Of a stretch of DNA of 42,829 nucleotides, positions 19,232-28,753 are shown in pieces. The stretch's first letter is position 1. Each line of letters starts with the position of its first letter. The notes under the pieces were generated by a model that searched no databases, was not told where the DNA came from, and saw nothing but the letters and a program-made list of their open reading frames with translations. This stretch comes from an uncultured Acidimicrobiaceae bacterium. Its GTDB lineage: Bacteria > Actinomycetota > Acidimicrobiia > Acidimicrobiales > SZUA-35. The position numbers were made by a program, and so were the translations under genes. The stretch is taken from positions 23,735 to 66,563 of the forward strand of contig CAZSTV010000004.1 of the NCBI GenBank assembly GCA_964609665.1, in the 5' to 3' direction.

Positions 19232-19256
19232 CGCCACAAGGCGCCAGGACGTGCCG

Positions 19257-20276
19257 CTACACGTCCGGGTATGCAACGTCCGCTGGAGGTGTCAGCAGGC
19301 GAGCAGCGCGGTCGAGAACCTCTGTGGCCGAGTCGCCAAAGGTGGGGGCCCTACGAGATACCAACTCTTCGGATCGGTCCACGATGGCGGGTATGCGCCG
19401 GTGATCCATGGGGTTCAACCCCATAGCTCGGGCCACCGCACGGCCGGGTTGGATCACCAGCGTCGCCGGTCCTGCATCGTTGATTCTGCGAACCTCGCTG
19501 CGGAGACGGCGTCTCGGCAATGAGCGGGCGATGGAGGAAAAGGGTGCGTTGGTTCGCAGTTCATCAACCGAGAGCGGCGCAAGCACGATGACCAGGTCGA
19601 GCGGTTTGGACACGCCGCCGTAGCCGATCAGCAGGTCTGCATTGAACGGCGAGCTGAGGCCACCGTCGATGTAGGACCGGTTGTTTACCTTTACCGGTGC
19701 GAACAGCGCGGGGAGCGCAGCGCTTGCCTCGACCGCTCGCGAGACCGAGATGGGGACATCATCTCGGCCGAACACCACCACCCGGCCGGACTGCAGGTCG
19801 GTGGCCGGAATCCAGAGCTTCTCGGCCGGCCACTTCTCACCGTGTAACGCGTCGAGTGGTTCGGTGACCAACGACAGATTTTGGCGACCCTGGGGGAGGA
19901 GTGCGCCAACCAACGCGCTCACCCGCAGGTTGCGACCGCGGCGGAGCTCGTTGATGGCCATCACCGGAGCCCCCGGCCCCGCCCACACCTTCGGGATGGC
20001 CTTAGGCGATCGACCGGACAGGATCTTCAGCGTTTCGAACTTTTCAGGGTCCAGGGCGGTGTCGATGAGCTGATCCCGCATCTCATCCGCGGAGACGTGG
20101 CCGCGGAGCACCGCACCGCTGATCGCTCCGGCGGAGGTGCCAACGATGACCTCAGCGGTCCGCGGGTCAAACCCGGTCTGGTGCTGCAGGGAAGCCAATA
20201 CAGCACAGTGGAAGGCGTACCCGGCAATCCCGCCACCACCGAGAACAATGCCGATCCGCGGGATCCGCTCGCTCAA
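19257..20276 (-). CDS. Patatin-like phospholipase
   Basis: LGGGGIAG, GTSAG, IDGG. Confidence 0.92.
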   Translation of the reverse strand: MSERIPRIGIVLGGGGIAGYAFHCAVLASLQHQTGFDPRTAEVIVGTSAGAISGAVLRGHVSADEMRDQLIDTALDPEKFETLKILSGRSPKAIPKVWAGPGAPVMAINELRRGRNLRVSALVGALLPQGRQNLSLVTEPLDALHGEKWPAEKLWIPATDLQSGRVVVFGRDDVPISVSRAVEASAALPALFAPVKVNNRSYIDGGLSSPFNADLLIGYGGVSKPLDLVIVLAPLSVDELRTNAPFSSIARSLPRRRLRSEVRRINDAGPATLVIQPGRAVARAMGLNPMDHRRIPAIVDRSEELVSRRAPTFGDSATEVLDRAARLLTPPADVAYPDV

Positions 20277-20361
20277 CTACCCCTCCGACCGGTCACTTGT
20301 TCAATAGTAGTCGTTTGCGGGTAGGGCTCATCGGCGGACGAAATGTGCCGACTGGCAGATC

Positions 20362-21147
20362 GTGCCTCCTCCAGCCAAACATGCAGATGTTCGCGTGCAT
20401 CCTGACCCCCGCCGCAGGCGGCAGCCGGTCAGGTTGATCGTCATGATGGTGGTTCTCGGGTTGATCGCCGCCGCCTGCGGAGATGACGGGCCTGCGTTCT
20501 ACTTCGAGACGTCGGCCCCCGGCACTCCACTGCCCGGCGGCGAGGTATGCGCCGGTCAGGTGCGGGCTGATGAGTCGGTCGAGAACCGGCCGGAGAACGA
20601 TGGGCCGAACAGCACCATCGTTGATATTGCCGTGGAGATCGATGGCGCCGACAAGGTCTGGAACGACCGATTGGCGCCGCGGGTGACCGGAGACTTCACC
20701 GGGACCACCGAGCAGGTGCTGCGGTGGGTGTCATGCAAGTGGGGCTTCGACGAGGACATCACCCGGGCCAGGGCGGTCACCGAAAGCTCGTGGCTGATGA
20801 GCACCGCCGGTGACATCACGGACAACGAGCTCGACTGCGACTTTCTTGGACTCGAATCGCCATGCCCTCAGAGCTACGGGTTGCTCCAGGTCAAAGGCAC
20901 CGTGCACACCGGTACGTTCCCGTACTCGACCGAGTCGAGTGCGTTCGGGGCCGAGTACGCCATGGCCTGGTTGCGAGCATGCTACGAGGGCTCGTTCACC
21001 TGGTTGATCGATGATGGCTATGTGGCCGGAGACGAGTGGGGTTGCGTCGGCGCCTGGTTCTCAGGTGAGTGGCTCGACGATGCAGCGCTCGGCTACATCG
21101 AAGAGGTCAAACACAACCTCGAGACCAGGGCCTGGGAGCGGTACTAG
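20362..21147 (+). CDS. Lipoprotein with lysozyme-like (SLT-type) domain
   Basis: Signal RRRRQPVRLIVMMVVLGLIAAA-C; WGFDEDITRARAVTESSW (catalytic ES) and SYGLLQV; exact start uncertain. Confidence 0.7.
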   Translation: MPPPAKHADVRVHPDPRRRRQPVRLIVMMVVLGLIAAACGDDGPAFYFETSAPGTPLPGGEVCAGQVRADESVENRPENDGPNSTIVDIAVEIDGADKVWNDRLAPRVTGDFTGTTEQVLRWVSCKWGFDEDITRARAVTESSWLMSTAGDITDNELDCDFLGLESPCPQSYGLLQVKGTVHTGTFPYSTESSAFGAEYAMAWLRACYEGSFTWLIDDGYVAGDEWGCVGAWFSGEWLDDAALGYIEEVKHNLETRAWERY

Positions 21148-21175
21148 CCGAGGTATTAGCCGAGGTACTAGCCGA
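21140..21175. repeat. 12-bp tandem triplication carrying both convergent stop codons
   Basis: GGTACTAGCCGA GGTATTAGCCGA GGTACTAGCCGA. Confidence 0.9.
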
Positions 21176-22157
21176 AGTAGCGGTACAGCAGGCTTCCTGC
21201 CTGGGCCGCCACATGGTTTGGCACGCCGGGTTCAGTCAAGAGCTCTGTGATGGCGCCCATGGTCTTGCCAACCTCGGAGCCCGTCGGATCGTTGTATTCT
21301 TCCGGGCTCCAATGCAGGGTGGTCAACGCCACCTCTTCGGTGGCAAAAACCTGCTTGAACTCGACGAGGCCAGGCTGGTCGATATCGCTTCGTCCCATGT
21401 CCAGGAGTTGCAGACCACGCTCCTCACCCTCGCGGCAGGCCGCCATCAACATGGCGGCGTTCGGCCGGTACTGACGGGGGTATGAGGCGCCGAACTTGTA
21501 GTACCAAACGTCTTCCCAGGCGAAGTACACCATGCCTGCCACCGGGTCGCCGTCGGCGTCCTCGGCAAGCACAACGGCCATGTCGTCTCCGAAGCGGTCG
21601 TGCAGCTCCTCGAACAGGCTGAAGGGCTGGGCCAACATCCGGTACTTGGACTTGCGGAGGTCCACGTGCATGTCGTGGAACGTGCGGATGTCGTCCATGG
21701 ACGAGGAGAAGCGGAACGTGATGCCGAGTTTCTCGGCCCGGCGGATCGACGTCCGGTTCTTGCTCTTCAGGCTGTCCCAGACGTGGTCGGCGCCCTGGCT
21801 CAGATCGATGCCGTGCCACAGCAGCTCCCGCCGCTGTTCAAACGAGGTGTCGTTGTTGGCAAAGTCGTTGCGGAACGGACGAACGGTGACCGGCCGATCG
21901 AAGGAGCGAAGGTGATCGGCAAACTCCTGCCAACCGGCTTCGGTGGCAAACAGCGGATCGCAGAAGTCGCTGAAGGGGGTACAGACCACCCGCTCGCCTC
22001 GGATATCGGACAGAACCGAGTAATAGGCAAGGCCGTCTGGTTCCGACGTTGGAACGAATTCCAGGATCTTCAGGTCGAACGCCTGCTCGATGGCCTCTCG
22101 CCACGGCTCGCCGTGAAAGAGGGTTTGCGGAAGCGAGTATCTCGCGTCACCGGTCAT
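21168..22157 (-). CDS. FemAB-like / GNAT acyltransferase
   Basis: PFSDFCDPL, LKSKNRTSIRRAEKLGI, YYKFGAS, LDMGRS...GLVEFK. Confidence 0.85.
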   Translation of the reverse strand: MTGDARYSLPQTLFHGEPWREAIEQAFDLKILEFVPTSEPDGLAYYSVLSDIRGERVVCTPFSDFCDPLFATEAGWQEFADHLRSFDRPVTVRPFRNDFANNDTSFEQRRELLWHGIDLSQGADHVWDSLKSKNRTSIRRAEKLGITFRFSSSMDDIRTFHDMHVDLRKSKYRMLAQPFSLFEELHDRFGDDMAVVLAEDADGDPVAGMVYFAWEDVWYYKFGASYPRQYRPNAAMLMAACREGEERGLQLLDMGRSDIDQPGLVEFKQVFATEEVALTTLHWSPEEYNDPTGSEVGKTMGAITELLTEPGVPNHVAAQAGSLLYRYFG

Positions 22158-23080
22158 GTCAGCACCAACTCTCCAACTGGTTTTGCGACTATCTCAAAGC
22201 TTGCGGCTGCCTCCAGGTGGCTCATATCCACCTGGTCAGCTTCCGCGGTGATCGCCAGGCTGTTCTCGTCGGCCCACCGGGCCAACTCCACCTGGTGATC
22301 ATCGATCTGTTCATCGAATTCGGCTCGCCTCGGGACGAAGACGGGGACCTTTCCGGCGGCTAGCACGGTTGCCAGTGAGCCCGCTCCGGCGTGGGTAACC
22401 ACCACGTCCGCGTCGGCGATGGCGGCGGCCAATTCAGATTCGGGCACCAGCGCGTGGGCATCGATCCCGAGATCGTCGACCCGGGAGGCTCCGGTCTGCC
22501 ACAGGACCTCAACGCCCGCAGGCATGATGTCGACCAGGCGGGCGATGAGCCTACGGAAGTCTCGATCGGTGGTGCCGACCGTGACCACCACCTTGGCGAT
22601 GCGGGGGTTCTCTGTTCGGAAGTTGGCGGTGAAGCGGTCGTAGACCCCGCTGATCGGGGCGAAACCCTCGGGGGCGGTGTCGAACTGCCACCAGCAGTTG
22701 ACCCCCGGTGTTTTGGCCAGCAGCTTGCCGGTGACCGAGCAGGACTCCACCCGGGTGGAGCTTTCGATGTAGTGGGCTTCGATTCCCATGGCCGCAGCCA
22801 CGGGCAGGTAGCCGAGAGCGATGGCCGAGCCGGTGCTGATGACCCGCTCAACGCCGTAGAACTTGAAGATCTGCCTGGCCTGCGGGACCGCTTTGAGCAC
22901 ACCGAGCCGGTCGCGTTCGCCGATGAACGGCACCATGATCGATGTCCGGTCGGCCAGGAGATCCCTGGTCTGGGGGCTGTCGTTCGAGACCCAGATTTGC
23001 GGGGTCTTTGGCAGCCGTTCCGAGAGTTCGACCAGTTCGGAAATATGTCCGCCGATCGTCGCCACAAACGCCGTTGTCAT
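22154..23080 (-). CDS. Fused Alg14/Alg13 (PssD/PssE, CpsF/CpsG-like) GT-B glycosyltransferase
   Basis: ATIGGHISEL, VISTGSAIA, YIES (Alg14 half); VVVTVGT, LWQTG, VVTHAGAGS, VPRRAEFDEQIDDHQ (Alg13 half); start 23080 by ATGA coupling. Confidence 0.88.
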   Translation of the reverse strand: MTTAFVATIGGHISELVELSERLPKTPQIWVSNDSPQTRDLLADRTSIMVPFIGERDRLGVLKAVPQARQIFKFYGVERVISTGSAIALGYLPVAAAMGIEAHYIESSTRVESCSVTGKLLAKTPGVNCWWQFDTAPEGFAPISGVYDRFTANFRTENPRIAKVVVTVGTTDRDFRRLIARLVDIMPAGVEVLWQTGASRVDDLGIDAHALVPESELAAAIADADVVVTHAGAGSLATVLAAGKVPVFVPRRAEFDEQIDDHQVELARWADENSLAITAEADQVDMSHLEAAASFEIVAKPVGELVLT

Positions 23081-25563
23081 CGTGCTCCTTCGCCTGCTGC
23101 CACCGAGGTCACCGTTCCGACAAGGCAGCGCAAGTCGATCATCGGGCCCATGTGGTCCACGTATTCGAGATCCAGGTCCAACATCTCGCTCATTGAGATG
23201 TCCGCTCGTCCGCTGATCTGCCACAGGCCGGTGAGGCCGGGCCGTGCGGTGAGGCGTCGTCGTGCCTCGGGCGCAAAAAGCTCGCTCTCCCACACCAGCG
23301 ACGGGCGGGGCCCGACCAGCGACATCTCGGATCGCATGACGTTGATGAGCTGCGGCAGTTCGTCGAGGGAGAGCCGTCGGAGCCATTTGCCGACCGGGGT
23401 GATCCTCGGGTCGTCAGAGTCCTTCGTTGCGTCGGCTTCGCCCCGCAGCTCCAACTTGTTCTGCAGTCGGTGGGCGGCATCGTCGTTGTCGATGTACATC
23501 GTCCGGAACTTGTAGATCTGGAACGGGAGACCTCCGGTCCCGATTCTCACCTGTCGGTAAAGAATCGGGCCGGGACTTGAGCGCCCTACCGCTGCGGCGG
23601 CAAAGAGCCACAGCGGGGCGGTCAGAACCAAGGCGAGGGAACCGAGAGCCATGTCGGCCACCCGCTTCCAGCGCGGAACCCGAACCCCGGGATCGAGTCG
23701 AATACCGGGTAGCGGATCGGCATTGGTTGCCGCAGACCTCTCAGCGGTGACACGCACTCGACTGAACCGATGCCCCATCGCTACCCGTTCGATCTCCAGT
23801 TCTTCGGCAAAAGCAGCGCCAAGCTTGAGTTCGGACCGCTCTGCAGCAGCGCCGATCGTTTCGTCGGCCGCTCCCTCACGAGTCATTGGTTGACCGACGG
23901 GCGTCGCTTGCCAGCGCAGCTGTTCGAGGCGAAGCTCGTCCGCCATCATGACCATCGCTCGCCAGGCCAGGCCGTGAGCCGCGGCGCCACCGTGGACGTT
24001 GTCGACGATGCCACGCAGGCCCGGTCCCCGACGGTGAAGGGTGAGCGTTGCGCCGCCGATGGAGGCACCGTCGTTTTGTACGGTCAGAGCGAACGCTGCT
24101 TCGGCGCCGTTCGTCTTGTTTGTCTCTCGGAACTGCAGCCGGGCCCCGCCAAACGCTGACATCGGGACATCGGCTGCGAGGAGGGCTCGCCACCGGGCTG
24201 GTGCCGTTGCGTTGGGAACGGCGATGGGTCGCAGCGCAACACCGGCAGCGATCAGCACGAAGAGCGTGTCCGCCCCGGCCCGCAAGGTCAGGTGAGGGTC
24301 GAGCACGCTAAGCGTCGCCACCATGGCCACCGCGGCCTGGGCGCCGACACGGATGCCCATCATCGTCTGTCCGTCCGAAGGGGTCGCCGGGGGATTGTCG
24401 TAGGCGTTCGCCGTGCCAAGGTCGCTCCAGGCGGTCGCGAGGAAGAACAACGCGGCGAGCAGGAGCGGCACACCGCCGACCCACAGCAACCACAGATAGC
24501 CGCTTTCCAGGTAGATCACGTCACGCCAAACATCGGGCGGCAGCTGAATGGCGTTGGGATTGACGCCAAGGAGCCAACCGCCGTCCGCCAGCGATGGGAG
24601 ATAGAGCTCGGAAACGTTGTTCCAGCGGATGATCCAGCTCTGGGGGAGGCCGCTTCCCTGATCGACGTCGGCCAGTCGGGCCGCCACGATGGGCCACAAC
24701 CCAATCATCGCCATGATGCTCAGCGGGATCGACCACGCCATCAGCTGGCCCAGGCGACCGTGACGGTAGGCAACAACGAGGATGATCACGCCAAGTGCAA
24801 GTACGGTGCCGGCCTGCCCGGAGCCGAGGGCGCCGACTGCGAGCACCGCGGCGGCGGCCAGGAGTAGGCGGTTCCCGGTGGCCAAACCCCAGGAGAGCCC
24901 GAGGCCACAGACCATGGCGAGGTAGGCACCGGTGGCGATTGACGAGCCGATCGTTGTTGTGCCCCGCCCGCCGTCGATCACGTCGTCGGCACTGCTGACA
25001 AAGAAGCGGGTGAGGACGCTCAACACCGGGCCGACCCCGAGTGCCTGGGCGACCGAGATGGCGGCGATGACAAGACCTGTTCCGATCATGGCTTTGGCAA
25101 CCGCTGCGACGCCGTGCTCGGAAGTGATGCAGATCCTGGCGAGCAGGAACAACACCGAGTACTTGATGAACGGGAAGACCGCCATCACTTCCACCGGGCC
25201 GACCGGTTGCGAACGGGCCATCAGCCACAGCAACGGCAGTACCGAAGCGGCAACGGTCATGGCGATGATCGACCATTCCAGGCGGCCGATCCGCAGGCGC
25301 CAGCGTTTACCGTCGATCATGGCGACGGCGAGAATTGCGACGCCGACCCCGGTCACGCCCATCTGCAGGGCCTCACTCGGTCTGAGTAGCGGCAGCACCG
25401 TGCCCCGCGGGAGCCCGGCCAGGAACGGCATGGCGACGAGGTAGGCAACGATCAGATTGATCGCAACCGAGCTTGTCGCTGGGCGTGGTCCAAACCGGCG
25501 AGCCAGGAAGGACTCCCGGTTGGTTTGGTCGGTGCGCACCGTTGGTGGTTCGGAAACGCTCAT
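23077..25563 (-). CDS. Fusion of a Wzy/O-antigen-ligase-like multi-TM domain and a C-terminal phosphoglycosyltransferase (bacterial sugar transferase)
   Basis: About 11-12 hydrophobic segments with RGTTTIG, SWIIRW, ESGYLWLL..GG; C-terminal KRVADM, YKFRTM, DPRITPVGKWLRRLSLDELPQLINV, MSLVGPRP, PGLTGLWQISGR; one uninterrupted 828-aa ORF. Confidence 0.85.
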   Translation of the reverse strand: MSVSEPPTVRTDQTNRESFLARRFGPRPATSSVAINLIVAYLVAMPFLAGLPRGTVLPLLRPSEALQMGVTGVGVAILAVAMIDGKRWRLRIGRLEWSIIAMTVAASVLPLLWLMARSQPVGPVEVMAVFPFIKYSVLFLLARICITSEHGVAAVAKAMIGTGLVIAAISVAQALGVGPVLSVLTRFFVSSADDVIDGGRGTTTIGSSIATGAYLAMVCGLGLSWGLATGNRLLLAAAAVLAVGALGSGQAGTVLALGVIILVVAYRHGRLGQLMAWSIPLSIMAMIGLWPIVAARLADVDQGSGLPQSWIIRWNNVSELYLPSLADGGWLLGVNPNAIQLPPDVWRDVIYLESGYLWLLWVGGVPLLLAALFFLATAWSDLGTANAYDNPPATPSDGQTMMGIRVGAQAAVAMVATLSVLDPHLTLRAGADTLFVLIAAGVALRPIAVPNATAPARWRALLAADVPMSAFGGARLQFRETNKTNGAEAAFALTVQNDGASIGGATLTLHRRGPGLRGIVDNVHGGAAAHGLAWRAMVMMADELRLEQLRWQATPVGQPMTREGAADETIGAAAERSELKLGAAFAEELEIERVAMGHRFSRVRVTAERSAATNADPLPGIRLDPGVRVPRWKRVADMALGSLALVLTAPLWLFAAAAVGRSSPGPILYRQVRIGTGGLPFQIYKFRTMYIDNDDAAHRLQNKLELRGEADATKDSDDPRITPVGKWLRRLSLDELPQLINVMRSEMSLVGPRPSLVWESELFAPEARRRLTARPGLTGLWQISGRADISMSEMLDLDLEYVDHMGPMIDLRCLVGTVTSVAAGEGAR

Positions 25564-27194
25564 GCAAGATCCTCACTCTGCAATGCGCCGGCGAGCTCTT
25601 TGAGTAGCTGGCCGCGCTGGGTGGAAAACCACGCTCCAAGGAGAAACAGCACCAGTACCGCAGCGCTGAGTCCGACAAAGCCGATGGGGCCCCATGGCGT
25701 GTCGCTCTGTGACCCGATCAGTGCGACCGGAGCGGTAGCAACGACTGACGCAACGAGAATGCGGGGCCAGTGGGTGGTCCGATCGGTGGTCCACGCCGGC
25801 CCGGAGCGGAGGGCGAGGTGGGCGACGGCCAGGGCGACGACGTCACCGAGCGACACCACAATGCCAAGTCCGAGCAGGACCGGAGGCCCGTCGAGAACGA
25901 GAACGACGAAGGGGATACCGGCGACGGCGACCCCGGCTCGAATCCACGTGGAGCGGACAAGCCCTCTGCCGTCGCCGTAGGCCATCGTTGCCTGGCGAGC
26001 GATTTCGAAGATGGCGTCACTGGCGGCACCGATGCCAAGCCCCGCAAGGCCGTAGCGCAGCATGGCGTTGGCCTCGGCCCCGGCGAACTCGCCCTGGCCG
26101 ATCACATCCGCCAGGGGACCGCTCAGAAACACCAGTGCGGCGCCTGCGGGTACGGCGACCCATGCGGCAAGGCGAACCGTTGTGAGGTAGCCGCTGAGCA
26201 CCGCTGCTGGTCCACTGTTCGCGGCCGCGAGACGGGGGAGTGCGGCCGACGCGATGGGCCGGCCGATCAGGGCGACCGGTATGAAGTACGCAAGGGTGGC
26301 GATCTCGAATGCCTGCACGCCGCCAGCTCCGGCAAAGCCGGCGGCGACGACAAGGGCGAACTGGCGGGCGGCAATGATGCTCGACCAACCGAACGATGCC
26401 TTCGTCGGACCGCCAAGTTCGACGATGTCGGGGTCCCGTACGTCGAACCCGATGCCGATGGCACCGATGGCTCGCCTCGCCCCGACGAACTGGACGATGG
26501 CATGAGCCGACACCGAAAGGCCTGACCCGATGCCCAGGGTAAGGATGAGTCCAAGGGGAGCCGAGTCCACTTCGATCCCGCCCCCGTAGCGCATCCAGGC
26601 CACAGCGATGGTTGCCAGGAGCCCGAGATTCTCGATGATCGGGGCTGCTGAGGGCAACAGGAACTGGCGATGAGCCTGCTGGATGGAGACGAATACGCCG
26701 ATCGCGGCGTACAGCACAAGCTGGGGCACGATCAGGGCCAGAAGTAACGCGCCGACCGAAACAGCGTCGCTGGCGAGGCGAGGTTCCACCCCGGCGGTGA
26801 GCGCTCCGGCGATTGCCGGCCGGGCGAGGAGGGCTACTGCGGCAACAGCGGCCATCGCTGCCATGATCAGCCCGAGGGCGTTTGCGGAAAACCGGCGAGC
26901 GGCAACACCACCGCTGAGGACGTGGTCGCCACGACCGATCAGCTTGACCAGCGGCGGGACCAGGACCGAGGAGATCGCAGAACCTGCGAACACGTCATAG
27001 AGCATCAGCGGGAGCACGTTGATGGCGACGAAAAGGTCGCCGAGCACGGTTGACCCGAGGATGGCGGCCGCAACGACGATCCTCAGCAGACCGGTGATTC
27101 GGCTGCCTGCGACCGCTGCGGCCATCCGGGCCGAATCCCCGACAAGACCGGGGCCTGTGTCGGAACGTTCCGTTGTCGGGGATTCGGGCCGCAC
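25560..27194 (-). CDS. MurJ/MviN-like (MOP superfamily) flippase
   Basis: SRITGLLR..AA.LG, N.LP..LY...G.AISSVLVP, AAPIIENL, ALPRLA; about 14 TMs. Confidence 0.82.
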   Translation of the reverse strand: MRPESPTTERSDTGPGLVGDSARMAAAVAGSRITGLLRIVVAAAILGSTVLGDLFVAINVLPLMLYDVFAGSAISSVLVPPLVKLIGRGDHVLSGGVAARRFSANALGLIMAAMAAVAAVALLARPAIAGALTAGVEPRLASDAVSVGALLLALIVPQLVLYAAIGVFVSIQQAHRQFLLPSAAPIIENLGLLATIAVAWMRYGGGIEVDSAPLGLILTLGIGSGLSVSAHAIVQFVGARRAIGAIGIGFDVRDPDIVELGGPTKASFGWSSIIAARQFALVVAAGFAGAGGVQAFEIATLAYFIPVALIGRPIASAALPRLAAANSGPAAVLSGYLTTVRLAAWVAVPAGAALVFLSGPLADVIGQGEFAGAEANAMLRYGLAGLGIGAASDAIFEIARQATMAYGDGRGLVRSTWIRAGVAVAGIPFVVLVLDGPPVLLGLGIVVSLGDVVALAVAHLALRSGPAWTTDRTTHWPRILVASVVATAPVALIGSQSDTPWGPIGFVGLSAAVLVLFLLGAWFSTQRGQLLKELAGALQSEDLA

Positions 27195-27199
27195 GGGAA

Positions 27200-28753
27200 T
27201 CAGTCGAACCAGAGCTGCTGTTTACGAGTTCGATAGCCGATGAACCCGGCGATCGGGAAGCCGATCAGCAGGCCGAGGGCCATGCCCTGCAGGCCGAACA
27301 CGTTGCGTGACTGGAAGAGGATGATCGGATCGCTCAGCTCCCGAATCGGTGAGGCGACCAGTGGAGCAAGCTCCCGCTGGGACAGCTCGTCATCGATTGT
27401 GGTCAGCACCGTTTCGAGCCGATCGATCTCCCGTAGCAACGCCGGCCCGGCCGTCGTCTGGTTGGCAAGTGCCGCCCGTTCGCTTCCGGCATCCACCAGG
27501 TCAGCTTCAAGATCAGCGATAAGCAACTGGGTTGCTTCGTACTGTTCGTTCAGCTCGGTGCGCTCAGCGGTGCTGAGATTGCCGGTAACCGCAGCGTCAA
27601 GCGACTCCTGGAAACGGCTCAGTTGATCGTTGCGCAGGTTGATCTGGCGCTGAATGCTGTCCTCACGAACCTGGAGCGCAATGTCTCGCTGCTGAGCTTC
27701 GACAAGGTTCTCCCGGTCGTCGTCGACGGCGGCCAGCTCGGCGACCACATCGGCTCGCCTCTGTGCAAGCTCTGCAGTGCTGTCACCGGCAGGGCTGGCG
27801 TCGGTGATGACCTGGAGGTACTGGTTGAGCACCGCTCGGCTGAGCGCAATGGCCCGGTCCTCGTCGGCATCGCTCACGTCGAAGCGAAGGACCTCTGAGA
27901 GTTCCAGCGTTTCGACGTCAATTTTGGCTCGCAGTTCATCAACGTTGAGGTTGAAGTCCTCTGCGACCGGGGTCAACACGGCGTCGCTCTTGAAGGTCAC
28001 AACCTGGGTCAGAAGGCGCCGGTCTTCACGCAGGAAGCTGTCCGGCACGGACTCGTCGAGCGTGTAGACAAACTCGGTCCGGGCGACGTAGCTGTTGCCA
28101 CGCAGCGCACCGAGTGTGTATCCGATAATGGCCATGGCAATCAGAACGGCCAGTGCCCGTCGGCCGACGGCGACCAGTTGACCTGCGGACCAGAACGGCG
28201 GCTGTTCGACCAGTTCGCCGGTGGTGGCCGCCTTGACGATGTGGATCTCTACATCGGACTCGGCGGCAGCCTCTGCGGCGGCGGCCGCCTCTGTTGCAGG
28301 CTCTGGCTCTACGTCTCTATCGACCTCGGTGTCCGCGTCGGTGTCCTGGTCGTCCTCGAGCAACTCAAGGTCCTGGTCGTCCTCGAGCAACTCAAGATCC
28401 TGGTCGCTCTCGAGCAACTCAAGGTCCTGGTCGTCCTCGAGCAGTTCGATGATGAGTGCGGCGTCGAGTTCTGCCTCTGCGTCGAGCTCATCAAGCTCGG
28501 CATCGCCGTCTAGCTCGATGTCGTCATCCGACTCTGCGTCAGCGTCCAGGTCGGTGTCGTCGTCCGACTCTGCGTCAGCGTCTAGCTCCGCATCGGCGTC
28601 TAGTTCTGCGTCGTCATCCGATTCGGCGTCGTCCGAACCACCGTCGAGCTCGGACTCAGGGTCCAGCTCATCTAGATCGGTGACCTCGGCGTCGTCGGTT
28701 GGCTCGTCATCTGGTCCGGTGACTCTGAAACCGGGATCGGAGAAGGTGGTCAT
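27200..28753 (-). CDS. Wzz/PCP-like chain-length regulator with long acidic repetitive N-terminal tail
   Basis: Start 28753 (ATGA overlap with aminotransferase); D/E-rich tail, TM1, Y.A...F, SDAVL.PVA, coiled coil, C-terminal TM2. Confidence 0.7.
   Translation of the reverse strand: MTTFSDPGFRVTGPDDEPTDDAEVTDLDELDPESELDGGSDDAESDDDAELDADAELDADAESDDDTDLDADAESDDDIELDGDAELDELDAEAELDAALIIELLEDDQDLELLESDQDLELLEDDQDLELLEDDQDTDADTEVDRDVEPEPATEAAAAAEAAAESDVEIHIVKAATTGELVEQPPFWSAGQLVAVGRRALAVLIAMAIIGYTLGALRGNSYVARTEFVYTLDESVPDSFLREDRRLLTQVVTFKSDAVLTPVAEDFNLNVDELRAKIDVETLELSEVLRFDVSDADEDRAIALSRAVLNQYLQVITDASPAGDSTAELAQRRADVVAELAAVDDDRENLVEAQQRDIALQVREDSIQRQINLRNDQLSRFQESLDAAVTGNLSTAERTELNEQYEATQLLIADLEADLVDAGSERAALANQTTAGPALLREIDRLETVLTTIDDELSQRELAPLVASPIRELSDPIILFQSRNVFGLQGMALGLLIGFPIAGFIGYRTRKQQLWFD
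28343..28450 (-). repeat. 27-bp coding tandem repeat x4 (LELLEDDQD); further imperfect DAESDDD/AELDA repeats extend to about 28640
   Basis: Unit GTCCTGGTCGTCCTCGAGCAACTCAAG on + strand at 28343, 28370, 28397, 28424. Confidence 0.9.

Noticed and set aside
19257-20276. Patatin as a CBASS CapV-type anti-phage effector
   Set aside because: No CD-NTase or other defence genes adjacent; housekeeping-type context
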